Origin: Candidatus Eiseniibacteriota bacterium
Lineage (GTDB): Bacteria; Eisenbacteria; RBG-16-71-46
Assembly: GCA_044223005.1 (NCBI GenBank)
Contig: JBGAML010000014.1
Location: 1-64,000 of the forward strand
Direction of reading: 5' to 3'
DNA length: 64,000 nucleotides
The notes under the pieces were generated by a model. That model saw nothing but the letters and a program-made list of their open reading frames with translations, searched no databases and was not told where the DNA came from. The position numbers were made by a program, and so were the translations under genes. Below, one piece after another: positions 46,901 to 55,289 of this stretch; position 1 is the stretch's first letter; every line of letters begins with the position of its first letter.

Positions 46901-48787
46901 ATGAAGATCCCGTACCGCCGCATCGGTTCACTCCTCGCCCTCCTGCTCGTCGCCGCGCCGATGGCGCACGCCGCCGAGCGTTCCACGGTCGATCCGAAGT
47001 ACACGTGGGATCTCTCCGCCCTCTATCCCTCCGACGCCGCATGGACGCAGGCCAAGGACGCGCTCGCGAAGCGCATTCCCGAACTCGCCAAGCTCCGCGG
47101 CACGCTCGGCACATCCGCGGGCTCGCTGTACGACGGCGTCGCCGCGATCATGGACTGCCAGCGCGAACTGGACCGGATCGACGCCTACGCGTCGCAGCGC
47201 GCCGACGAGGACGAGCGCGACGGTACGCATCGCGAGATGCGCCAGGCCGCCGGGCAGCTCGGCGTCGCGATGCGCACGGCGATCGCGTGGGCGCGCCCCG
47301 AGATCATCGCGCTCGGGCCGGACAAGGTGAACGGCTTCGTCGCCGCGGATGCGCGGCTCAAGCCGTTCGCGCACTACCTGCAGGACCTCACCCGCTTCAC
47401 GCCGCACACGGGCACCGCGGACGAGGAGAAGATCATCGCCAGCGCGAGCCGCATGGCGCCCGCGGGCGGCGGCATCCGCAACGTGTTCAACAACGCCGAG
47501 CTGCCCTGGCCCACCGTGACGTTGTCCACGGGCGAGACGGTGCGCCTCGACGACGCGGCCTACACGCAGTATCGCGCCGCGGCCGTACGCGCGGACCGCG
47601 ACACGGTCTTCCACGCCTTCTTCCGCGCGCACCAGCAGTTCATCGGCACCTTCGGCGCGGCCCAGAACGCGGCGGTCCAGGCGCACGAGTTCACGGCGAG
47701 CGTGCGGCACTACGACTCGGCGCTGCAGGCGGCGCTGTTCGGCGACAACATCCCGACGACCGTCTACACGCAGCTCCTGGACGACGTGCACCAGAACCTG
47801 CCGACGCTCCACCGCTACCTCAAGCTGCGGCAGAAGATGATGGGCCTCTCCGAGCTGCGCTACGAGGACCTCTACGCGCCGATCGTGAAGGACGTCGACC
47901 TGCACTACACGCCCGAGCAGGCGATGGATCTCGTGCTCGCGGCCGTGGCCCCGCTCGGCAGGTCGTACGTCGACACGCTGAACATGGGCTTCCACTCGCG
48001 CTGGGTCGACTGGTTCCCGAGCACGGGCAAGGCGTCGGGCGCGTACAGCAACGGCGCATACGGCGTGCATCCCTACCAGCTCCAGAACTTCACCGGACTG
48101 TACGACGAGGTGAGCACGCTCGCGCACGAGTCGGGCCACTCGATGCACACGTTCCTCGCCATGCAGAAGCAGCCGTACGTCAGCGCGGACTACGCGACGT
48201 TCGTGGCCGAGGTGGCGTCGACGTTCAACGAGAACCTGCTGCTGCACTACATGCTCGACCACACGAAAGACCGCGCGACGCGGCTCTTCCTGCTGGGCAG
48301 CGCGCTCGAGAACCTGCGCACGACGCTGTTCCGCCAGGCGCTCTTCGCCGAGTTCGAGCTGGCCATGCACGAGAAGGTCGAGCGCGGCGAGCAGCTCTCG
48401 GGCGAGGGCCTCTCGAAGCTCTACCTCGACATCGTGCGCCGCTACTACGGGCACGATGCCGGGGTGTGCAAGGTCGACGAGCTCTACGGCACCGAGTGGT
48501 CGTACATCCCCCACTTCTATCGCAACTTCTACGTGTTCCAGTACGCGACGAGCATGGTGGCCTCCACCTCGCTCGCTTCGGGCGTGCGCGCGGAAGTCGC
48601 GGCGAAGAAGGGCACGGCGAAGCGCGACGCCTACCTGAACATGCTGGCGTCGGGCTCGTCCAAGTACCCGATCGAGCTCCTGCGCGACGCGGGCGTGGAC
48701 ATGACGACGCCTGCGCCGTTCGCCGCGGCGATGAAGGAGATGAACTCGATCATGGACGAGATGGAGAAGCTGCTCGCCACCAAGTGA
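46901..48787 (+). CDS. pepF: Oligoendopeptidase F (M3B) with signal peptide
   Basis: WDLSALY, GKASGAYS, AHESGHSMH, FVAEVAS, WSYIPHFY, YVFQYAT. Confidence 0.92.
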   Translation: MKIPYRRIGSLLALLLVAAPMAHAAERSTVDPKYTWDLSALYPSDAAWTQAKDALAKRIPELAKLRGTLGTSAGSLYDGVAAIMDCQRELDRIDAYASQRADEDERDGTHREMRQAAGQLGVAMRTAIAWARPEIIALGPDKVNGFVAADARLKPFAHYLQDLTRFTPHTGTADEEKIIASASRMAPAGGGIRNVFNNAELPWPTVTLSTGETVRLDDAAYTQYRAAAVRADRDTVFHAFFRAHQQFIGTFGAAQNAAVQAHEFTASVRHYDSALQAALFGDNIPTTVYTQLLDDVHQNLPTLHRYLKLRQKMMGLSELRYEDLYAPIVKDVDLHYTPEQAMDLVLAAVAPLGRSYVDTLNMGFHSRWVDWFPSTGKASGAYSNGAYGVHPYQLQNFTGLYDEVSTLAHESGHSMHTFLAMQKQPYVSADYATFVAEVASTFNENLLLHYMLDHTKDRATRLFLLGSALENLRTTLFRQALFAEFELAMHEKVERGEQLSGEGLSKLYLDIVRRYYGHDAGVCKVDELYGTEWSYIPHFYRNFYVFQYATSMVASTSLASGVRAEVAAKKGTAKRDAYLNMLASGSSKYPIELLRDAGVDMTTPAPFAAAMKEMNSIMDEMEKLLATK

Positions 48788-48825
48788 CGCTGCACGCCGC
48801 CGGGACGGCGCGCGCGAACGCGAAA

Positions 48826-48851
48826 CGGGCGGTGCCGCAAGGCACCGCCCG
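48826..48851. terminator. Terminator between convergent pepF and the redox operon
   Basis: CGGGCGGTGCC-GCAA-GGCACCGCCCG, followed by TTT on the minus strand. Confidence 0.65.
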
Positions 48852-48877
48852 ACGCGTATCCGGTGAGACGGACGGGA

Positions 48878-50005
48878 TCAGCCGACCGCGACGGGCTCCC
48901 CGGCGGCCGAGAAGTAGCGCGCTTCGAGCTCGCTCCAGCGCAGCACGCCGCCCGCGGATTCCGCGGTGTCCTTGCGCAGGCGCATGACCTCGTCCTGGTA
49001 CCACGCGATCACCGGCTGACCGATCCGCAGCGTCGCGAGGTCGGTCGCGAGCTCGGTGGGCTTGACCACGCACACCCAGCCACGGTCGTACGGGCTCGTC
49101 AGCACCAGCGAGGGTTCGCGCGTGAGATCGGGATTGGCCTGCGTGACCTTGCCGCCCACGGGCGCGCGGAAGCGCAGTAGTTCGTCGCCGCGCCGCGCCA
49201 CGAACAGCACGTCGCCGCGCTTGACCTGCGTGCCGATCGCCGGCAGCTCGATCCGCTCCAGCTTCTGCAGGGCCTTGCGCGCGAAATCGTCGAGCCCCAC
49301 GCAGACGCCGCCGTCGGCTTCGATCTGGGCCCACGCGTGGCCCGCGGACACGAACGCGCCACCGGGCACGCAGAACTCGTTGCCGGCCACGACCTCGGCC
49401 AGCGAAGGCGCGACGACGCGCACGGCAGGCCGGGTCTGCGCTTCGAGGCGGGCCTGACGCTTGATGAGCAGCCGGTTCGCGAACGCGACGAGCTCTTCTT
49501 CCGTGAACGGCTTCTGCACGTAGTCCACGGCGCCCTGGGTCATGGTCTCGACCGCGGTCTCGATCGTGCCGAAGCCGGTGATGACCGCGACGTCGAGGTC
49601 GGGACGCAGGTGCTTGACCGCCTTCACGACCTCGGTGCCTTCCATCACGGGCATCTTCAGGTCGGTGAACAGGAAGTCGTAGTCGTTCTGGCGCACCAGC
49701 GTGAGCGCCTCGGGGCCGGTCTCGACCGTGTCGACGCTGAAGCCGGCGAGCACGAGGATCTTGCGGAACGAATCGAGGATCACGGCCTCGTCGTCCACGG
49801 CGAGGATCCGCGCCCGGGCGTTCGGGACTTCGGCACGCTTCAGGGTCTTCGCCTCGCTCGCGAACGAGAGCTGCAGGCTGGTCTTGAGCACCGCCTCGCG
49901 CTCGCGGCGCTGGCGTTCGGCTTCCATGCGCTTGCCGATCGCGCGGACGGCGAAATCGATTCCGACGAAGACGACGCAGAGCAGCACGACGAGCAGAGCG
50001 GTCAT
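48878..50005 (-). CDS. TM + receiver + glycine-cleavage-H-like fusion protein
   Basis: N-terminal TM; receiver AVDDE/FTDLKMP/ITG/KPF; GcvH-like HAWA..VGLDDF..APVGGKV..N..SPYDRGW. Confidence 0.85.
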   Translation of the reverse strand: MTALLVVLLCVVFVGIDFAVRAIGKRMEAERQRREREAVLKTSLQLSFASEAKTLKRAEVPNARARILAVDDEAVILDSFRKILVLAGFSVDTVETGPEALTLVRQNDYDFLFTDLKMPVMEGTEVVKAVKHLRPDLDVAVITGFGTIETAVETMTQGAVDYVQKPFTEEELVAFANRLLIKRQARLEAQTRPAVRVVAPSLAEVVAGNEFCVPGGAFVSAGHAWAQIEADGGVCVGLDDFARKALQKLERIELPAIGTQVKRGDVLFVARRGDELLRFRAPVGGKVTQANPDLTREPSLVLTSPYDRGWVCVVKPTELATDLATLRIGQPVIAWYQDEVMRLRKDTAESAGGVLRWSELEARYFSAAGEPVAVG

Positions 50006-50400
50006 GGACGTCCCTCCTCTCCGGCGACATCCGTCCGCTCGAGAACGGGCCGCGCGTGATTCAGCAGTTCGACATCGTCGAACGGTTTGGCCAGGAACGC
50101 CGACGCTCCCGCGTCGATCGCGCGAGCGGCGTTCTCGGCCGTGGCATATCCGGTGATGAGCACGATGGGCACCTCCGGGCGGCGGCGGCGCATCTCGCGC
50201 ACCAGGTCCAGCCCGCTCTGGTTGGGCAGCATCATGTCGCAGAGCACGAGCCGGCAATGCGCCAGTGCCTCGTGGGCGAGCGCCGCGTCGGCGTCGCCAG
50301 CCTGCGCCACGGTCCACCCCTCGCTGCCGAGGATCATACGCACGGCGTCGCGCACGACGGCCTCGTCGTCGATCACGAGCACGTCCCAGTTCCCGCTCAT
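50002..50400 (-). CDS. Single-domain response regulator
   Basis: VIDDE, LCDMMLP, ITGYA, KPF. Confidence 0.9.
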   Translation of the reverse strand: MSGNWDVLVIDDEAVVRDAVRMILGSEGWTVAQAGDADAALAHEALAHCRLVLCDMMLPNQSGLDLVREMRRRRPEVPIVLITGYATAENAARAIDAGASAFLAKPFDDVELLNHARPVLERTDVAGEEGRP

Positions 50401-52295
50401 GAAGCACCTCGCGTCGGTTCCGCAGGCCGTATGGACGGCGCGCGGTGCGGCAACCGGACGACGAACGACGCGCCGCATCCGGGCTCGCTGGTGACGTCGA
50501 TCGAGCCGCCGTGGCCCTCCACGATCCCCCACGTCACGGCGAGCCCGAGGCCGAGGCCGCGGTTGCCCTTGGTGGTGAAGAACGGCTCGAACAGGTGGTC
50601 GAGATCCTCGGGGGACATGCCCTTGCCGGTGTCGCGGACTTCGAGTTCCGCGTAGGGCTGCGGGCCCTGCTTGTCGAGCGCCTCGCAGCGCGTCCAGTGG
50701 CAGCCGCTGCGCGAGCACCACTCGATCCGGCCGAAGTCACCGGCGTTGATCGCGAACGTCCCGGCACCGCAGTCGGGGCACTTGTGGTCGGGCAGGTCGA
50801 GCTTGGTGCGGCAGCGCGGGCAGGCGTACGTGGACACCGTGCCGGTCTCGACCGATTCGCTGGCGCGGTGGTTCACGCGGCCATAGACGGGACCCAGGTG
50901 CACGACGTTGTCGCGCTCGTGCTGGCGGCGGATCACCTTGATGCCCGGGTAGCGGCCGATGCGCGTGCCCGAGTCGGGCAGCGCGCAGCCCTTGGGGCAG
51001 GTCGCGGTGCGGATGATCGTGTGCCCGCGCCACGGCACCTCGACCTCGGCCGTGCGCACGTGGATCGTGCCGCCGTCCTCGCCGATCGCGTCCGCGGCGT
51101 TCATCACCAGGTTCACGACGACCTGCTGGATCTGGTTGGCGTCCGCGGGCACCGGCGCGAGCGGCTCGGCGAGCGCGAAGTCGAGCGCGACGCGCTTCAA
51201 GACCAGCTGGTTCATGATCACCGCGACGCCGCGGCGCACGACCTCGTTGAGGTCGGTCGGCTGGTGCTGCGGCGGCGTCTGGCGCGAGAAATCGAGCAGC
51301 CCGCGCACGATGTCGCGGCAGCGCTTGGTCTCGCGCACGATCACCTCGAGGTCCTGCGCCATGTCGGGCCGGTCCGAGAGGCGTTTCTGCAGGAACGAGG
51401 CGTACGTGAGCACGCCGGTCAGCGGGTTGTTGATCTCGTGCGCGACGCCCGCGGCGAGCCGGCCCACCGAGGCGAGCTTGTCCGCCTGCGTGAGCTGGCG
51501 CTGCGCCTCGCCCAGGCGGCGCGTCATGTCGTTGAACGAGCGCGCGAGGTCGCCCAGCTCGTGGCTGGCGGTCGCGGGCAGCGTGAAGTGCAGGTCGCCC
51601 TCGGCGACGCGGCGCGTACCGGCGATGAGCGTCGCGACGGGCCGCACGACGAGCCGCTCGTTGAGCCACCAGAGCAGCAGGCTGCTCGCGGCGATCGCGA
51701 GCAGGGCGAGCAGGATCAGCTGCCGGCGGTCGGCGGCGATGCGGCGGTCGGCCTCTTCGAGCGACAGGTTCACGTCCAGCACGCCGAGGATCTGCTCGGT
51801 GCGCTTGTGCGCGTGGCAGCCGGCGTTCCAGCAGCGCGCTTCGTTGTGGATGGGCCGGATCACGCCCAGCACGCGATGGCCGTCCTCGGCGCGGAACACC
51901 CGCACCTCGGCCTTCTCGGGCAGGCGGTCGAGCGGCTCGTTGCCCTGGTGGCACGCGAGGCACGGCCCCGAGGACTCGGTGAAGCCGCGCCCGATCTCGT
52001 CGCGGTCGGACGAGAACTTGATCCGGCCGACGCGGTTGACGAGCCGGATCTTGTCGATCCCCTTCTGCCGGCCGATCGTCTCGATCTCGCGGCGCAGCGC
52101 GGGCCGCCGGTTCTCGAGCATGTCGTAGAACGTGCTGCTGCCGATGGTCTCGGACAGCTGTCCGGCGCCCTGCCGCAGCTGCGCGAGCAGGGCGTCCGAG
52201 TGCGCTTCGAGGATGAGCCCGGCCATCGCCCCGATCGCGAGCGCGGTCACGACCGCGACGCCGAGGATGGCCAGGATCCCGATGCGCAGCTTCAT
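50397..52295 (-). CDS. Heme c-binding HAMP histidine kinase with a Cys-rich insertion
   Basis: 2 TM; periplasmic CLACH and CWNAGCH; HAMP; AHEINNP, NLVMNA, DTGKGM, FFTTK and GLGL boxes. Confidence 0.9.
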   Translation of the reverse strand: MKLRIGILAILGVAVVTALAIGAMAGLILEAHSDALLAQLRQGAGQLSETIGSSTFYDMLENRRPALRREIETIGRQKGIDKIRLVNRVGRIKFSSDRDEIGRGFTESSGPCLACHQGNEPLDRLPEKAEVRVFRAEDGHRVLGVIRPIHNEARCWNAGCHAHKRTEQILGVLDVNLSLEEADRRIAADRRQLILLALLAIAASSLLLWWLNERLVVRPVATLIAGTRRVAEGDLHFTLPATASHELGDLARSFNDMTRRLGEAQRQLTQADKLASVGRLAAGVAHEINNPLTGVLTYASFLQKRLSDRPDMAQDLEVIVRETKRCRDIVRGLLDFSRQTPPQHQPTDLNEVVRRGVAVIMNQLVLKRVALDFALAEPLAPVPADANQIQQVVVNLVMNAADAIGEDGGTIHVRTAEVEVPWRGHTIIRTATCPKGCALPDSGTRIGRYPGIKVIRRQHERDNVVHLGPVYGRVNHRASESVETGTVSTYACPRCRTKLDLPDHKCPDCGAGTFAINAGDFGRIEWCSRSGCHWTRCEALDKQGPQPYAELEVRDTGKGMSPEDLDHLFEPFFTTKGNRGLGLGLAVTWGIVEGHGGSIDVTSEPGCGASFVVRLPHRAPSIRPAEPTRGAS

Positions 52296-52310
52296 GTGCC
52301 CTCCGCCGCC

Positions 52311-53468
52311 TCAGTGCCGCGCGTGCCCCGCCTCGCCGTGCGCGGGCGGGAAGATGGGCAGGTAGCGCGTGGCGATGCCGAACGCGGCGAACCCGATCGC
52401 GACGAGGCCGATCGAGATCGTCATTTCCATCCACGACGGCACGTAGTGCGTGCCGCTCGCGCGCTCGATGCCGGTGATGCTGACGTTGAGCCGGTACAGG
52501 ATGAACCCGAACACGGCGCAGACGGCGCCGATCACGAGCCCGACCTTGCTCTGGCGGATCCGCGGCCACGACAGCAGCAGGATGGGCGCGAGCACGCCGA
52601 TGCCGAACTCGAGCAGGAACATGCGGCTCTCGTAGATCGGCTGGAAGATCGTGCCGAGCATGCCGGCGTGGAACAGCAGGTCGAGGCGCAGGACGCCGAA
52701 CACGCCCAGGACCACGATCATCACGCGGCCGAGCGGCTCGAGCAGGTCCATCTCGAGTTCGTGCCCGAAGGCGCGACCGGAGAGCGCGGATTCCACGATC
52801 ACCATGCCGAGCCCGGCGCCGATCGCCGAGATGTAGAAGAGCAGCGGCAGCGCCGGCGTGTACCAGAGGCCGTGCAGCTTCTCGGGCACGATCAGGTACA
52901 TGGTGCCGAGTGAGGACTGGTGCAGCGTGGACAGCAGCACACCCAGGATCACGAGCGGCGTGTTGATCGTGTGCATGATCTTGAGCATGAAGTTCCACTT
53001 CAGGCGCTCGAACACGATGTGCGAGAACTCGAGCGTGAGGACCGTGGTGTAGAGCATCACGCACCACGCGACCTCGAACATCACCGAGTGCTCGTTCCAG
53101 TAGACCATCGCGTGCCAGATGCGCCACGGCTGCCCGAGGTCGAACAGCAGCGCCACGCACACGAACAGGTACCCGAGGTAGCCCGTCAGCAGCGTCGGCC
53201 GCACGATCGGCTCGAACTTCTTGATGTGGAACAGGTGCACCGTGGCCATGAGCGTGAACGCTCCGGCCGCGAGCCCGACGCCGCAGAGGATGTCGAAGCC
53301 GATCCACACGCCCCACGGGAAGCGGTCGCTGAGGTTGGTGGTGGCGCCGAGCCCCTTGTAGAAGCGCATGAACGAGACGTACAGGAACAGGATCATGATC
53401 ACGCCGAACACGGCGCGCCAGAAGGTCAGCTTGATCCCACGTGGGCGGGGCAGTTCGAGCACGCTCAC
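52311..53468 (-). CDS. NrfD/PsrC family (HybB-like) integral membrane subunit
   Basis: TNLSDRFPWGVWIGFD, FDLGQPWR, SVMFEVAWC, STLHQSSLG. Confidence 0.9.
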   Translation of the reverse strand: MSVLELPRPRGIKLTFWRAVFGVIMILFLYVSFMRFYKGLGATTNLSDRFPWGVWIGFDILCGVGLAAGAFTLMATVHLFHIKKFEPIVRPTLLTGYLGYLFVCVALLFDLGQPWRIWHAMVYWNEHSVMFEVAWCVMLYTTVLTLEFSHIVFERLKWNFMLKIMHTINTPLVILGVLLSTLHQSSLGTMYLIVPEKLHGLWYTPALPLLFYISAIGAGLGMVIVESALSGRAFGHELEMDLLEPLGRVMIVVLGVFGVLRLDLLFHAGMLGTIFQPIYESRMFLLEFGIGVLAPILLLSWPRIRQSKVGLVIGAVCAVFGFILYRLNVSITGIERASGTHYVPSWMEMTISIGLVAIGFAAFGIATRYLPIFPPAHGEAGHARH

Positions 53469-54214
53469 GACCGCACCTCCTCGCCCGGAGCGCCTTCGAT
53501 CCGCTGCACGTATTCGCGGCGCTTCGTGACCCAGTAGATGCCGTAGAGCAGCGCGCCACCGAGCGTCACGATGTCGGGCACGTGCGAGAGCACGGCCCAC
53601 GTGAGCTGGCCCAGCGGCTTGTTCGGCAGGTTCTCGCGCAGCCCGAGCTGGCCGAACGGCACGCTCGAGAGCATGAGCACCGACGTGCCGCCGGCTTCCT
53701 CGAGCCCGTAGATGTGGTTCACGTACTTGTTCGGGTCGGCCGCGATGCGGCGGCGCGCTTCCTGGATCAGCACGTCGCGCTGGCCGAAGGTGGTCGCGCC
53801 CGTGGGGCAGACGGTCGCGCACGCGGTGGCTTCACCGCGCGCGAGCCGAGGCGCGCACATGATGCACTTGGCGACGACGGGAATGTTCTTGTCCCACTGG
53901 TATTTCGGGACGTCGAACGGGCACGCCTGCACGCAGTAGCGGCAGCCGATGCACTTCTCCGCGTCGTAGAGCACGGGGCCTTCGACCGTCTTGCGCATCG
54001 CACCGACCGGGCAGACCGACGCGCACGTCGGCGCCAGGCAGTGCATGCACATGCGGCGCACGTTGACGCCGCCCGCCTTCTGCACGGTCGTCCACGTGTA
54101 GGCGGTGTTCACCCTGTCGATGTCGGCGCCGAGCTTGTTCTGCTCCTTGCACGCCGCGCTGCACGCGCCGCAACCGATGCAGCGCGTCGTATCCAACAGG
54201 AGGGCGTGGCTCAT
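53465..54214 (-). CDS. 4x[4Fe-4S] HybA/NrfC-like protein with C-terminal TM and no Tat signal
   Basis: CIGCGACSAAC, CMHCLAPTCASVCP, CIGCRYCVQACP, CIMC..CATVCP; YGLEEAGGT. Confidence 0.92.
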   Translation of the reverse strand: MSHALLLDTTRCIGCGACSAACKEQNKLGADIDRVNTAYTWTTVQKAGGVNVRRMCMHCLAPTCASVCPVGAMRKTVEGPVLYDAEKCIGCRYCVQACPFDVPKYQWDKNIPVVAKCIMCAPRLARGEATACATVCPTGATTFGQRDVLIQEARRRIAADPNKYVNHIYGLEEAGGTSVLMLSSVPFGQLGLRENLPNKPLGQLTWAVLSHVPDIVTLGGALLYGIYWVTKRREYVQRIEGAPGEEVRS

Positions 54215-54915
54215 TGGCCGCCTCCTTCCTTGTGGCACTTGTCGCACTTGTCGTCGTTCTCGACGCTGAAACTCTTGTGGCCGTCGTGGCAGGCACCACA
54301 GGCGGATGCTTCGTGCATGGCGCCGTCGGGCCGTGGCGCGCTGGCCTTGCGCGCGAACAGCTGCGGGTGGCACGAGGCGCACTTCATGCCCTTCGTGTGC
54401 GTCTCGTGGCGGAACGTCACCCGGCCCGGCGAGTCCTTCCCCGGCGGGAACACGATCGCCTTCGGACCGTGGAACGCGGCCGTCCCGGAGCTGTCGCCCT
54501 TGACGACCTGCTGGCTGCTTCTGCCAGCGTGACAGGAGCCGCATGACCGCTTGTCGCGCGTGCTGAATGCATGCTGGTCGTCGTGGCAGAGGCCACAGGA
54601 GCGTCCCGAGTCCATGTTCGCATGCGACTCCCGGCGAACCTTGTGGAGCATCGGCCAGTAGCGCGGGTGGCACGCCAGGCACGAACGGTCGGCATAGTCG
54701 AAATGCGACTCGTGACTGAACACGACCGCACTATCCGGCGAGATGCCGTGGCCATAGACGATGTCCGCGGGCATCCGGAGAGGGACGTCGAGCGGAGGTT
54801 TCGGCGCCGGAGCAGGCGCGGCGGCAAAACCCGGTGGGCAAACCATCAGCAGTACGAGCGCGGCGAAGTGCACGGCGACTCGGACGGCAGGACCTGCGGA
54901 CCTGTTGGTCGTCAT
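54211..54915 (-). CDS. Hexaheme cytochrome c (two c7-type triheme domains)
   Basis: Signal peptide; CLACH, CGLCH, CGSCH, CASCH, CGACH and CDKCH; FSHESH and FRHETH. Confidence 0.9.
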   Translation of the reverse strand: MTTNRSAGPAVRVAVHFAALVLLMVCPPGFAAAPAPAPKPPLDVPLRMPADIVYGHGISPDSAVVFSHESHFDYADRSCLACHPRYWPMLHKVRRESHANMDSGRSCGLCHDDQHAFSTRDKRSCGSCHAGRSSQQVVKGDSSGTAAFHGPKAIVFPPGKDSPGRVTFRHETHTKGMKCASCHPQLFARKASAPRPDGAMHEASACGACHDGHKSFSVENDDKCDKCHKEGGGQ

Positions 54916-54955
54916 GGAGAAACCCTCATGCGGCGAAACGCCGCATGGGGAATGC

Positions 54956-54971
54956 AGCAATCAGCATTCCA
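54956..54971 (-). promoter_or_regulatory. Putative sigma54 promoter of the cytochrome-NrfD operon
   Basis: Minus strand TGGAATGCTGATTGCT (GG-N10-GC, TTGCT), 40 nt upstream of the ATG. Confidence 0.5.
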
Positions 54972-55289
54972 TGTCGCGATCCCCCGCCGGGGCACGTGGC
55001 GCCGCCCGCGCGGAGTCTTGGACAATCGCGGCGCACGTCACCGAAGCGTCACGCCCGGATGGTCAGGTCGGGCGGTCGATTCACGGCCCGCGGCGCGTCC
55101 GGTGACGCCGGCCGGAGCCCAGGAAGCTCCCCCGCTGCCGCGGCGGGCGGCGCTTCCCGCGCGTTCGCCCGGCCCGCGGGACCGCCAGGCCGAGCTCGTG
55201 CGAAGATGCGGTACTCGTCCGTGCCGCGTGGGAGCCCGCGCGGCGAGCCGCCACGAGGCCTCGATGCGCGAGGCCGCCCCGGAGACCGC

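Noticed and set aside
52311..54214. Calling these genes hybA/hybB of hydrogenase-2
   Set aside because: No hydrogenase subunits or maturation genes in the window, so only a family-level call is supported.
55036..55052. CGTCAC direct repeat with 11-bp period upstream of the redox operon
   Set aside because: Two GC-rich hexamers are likely by chance, and no cognate regulator is nearby.
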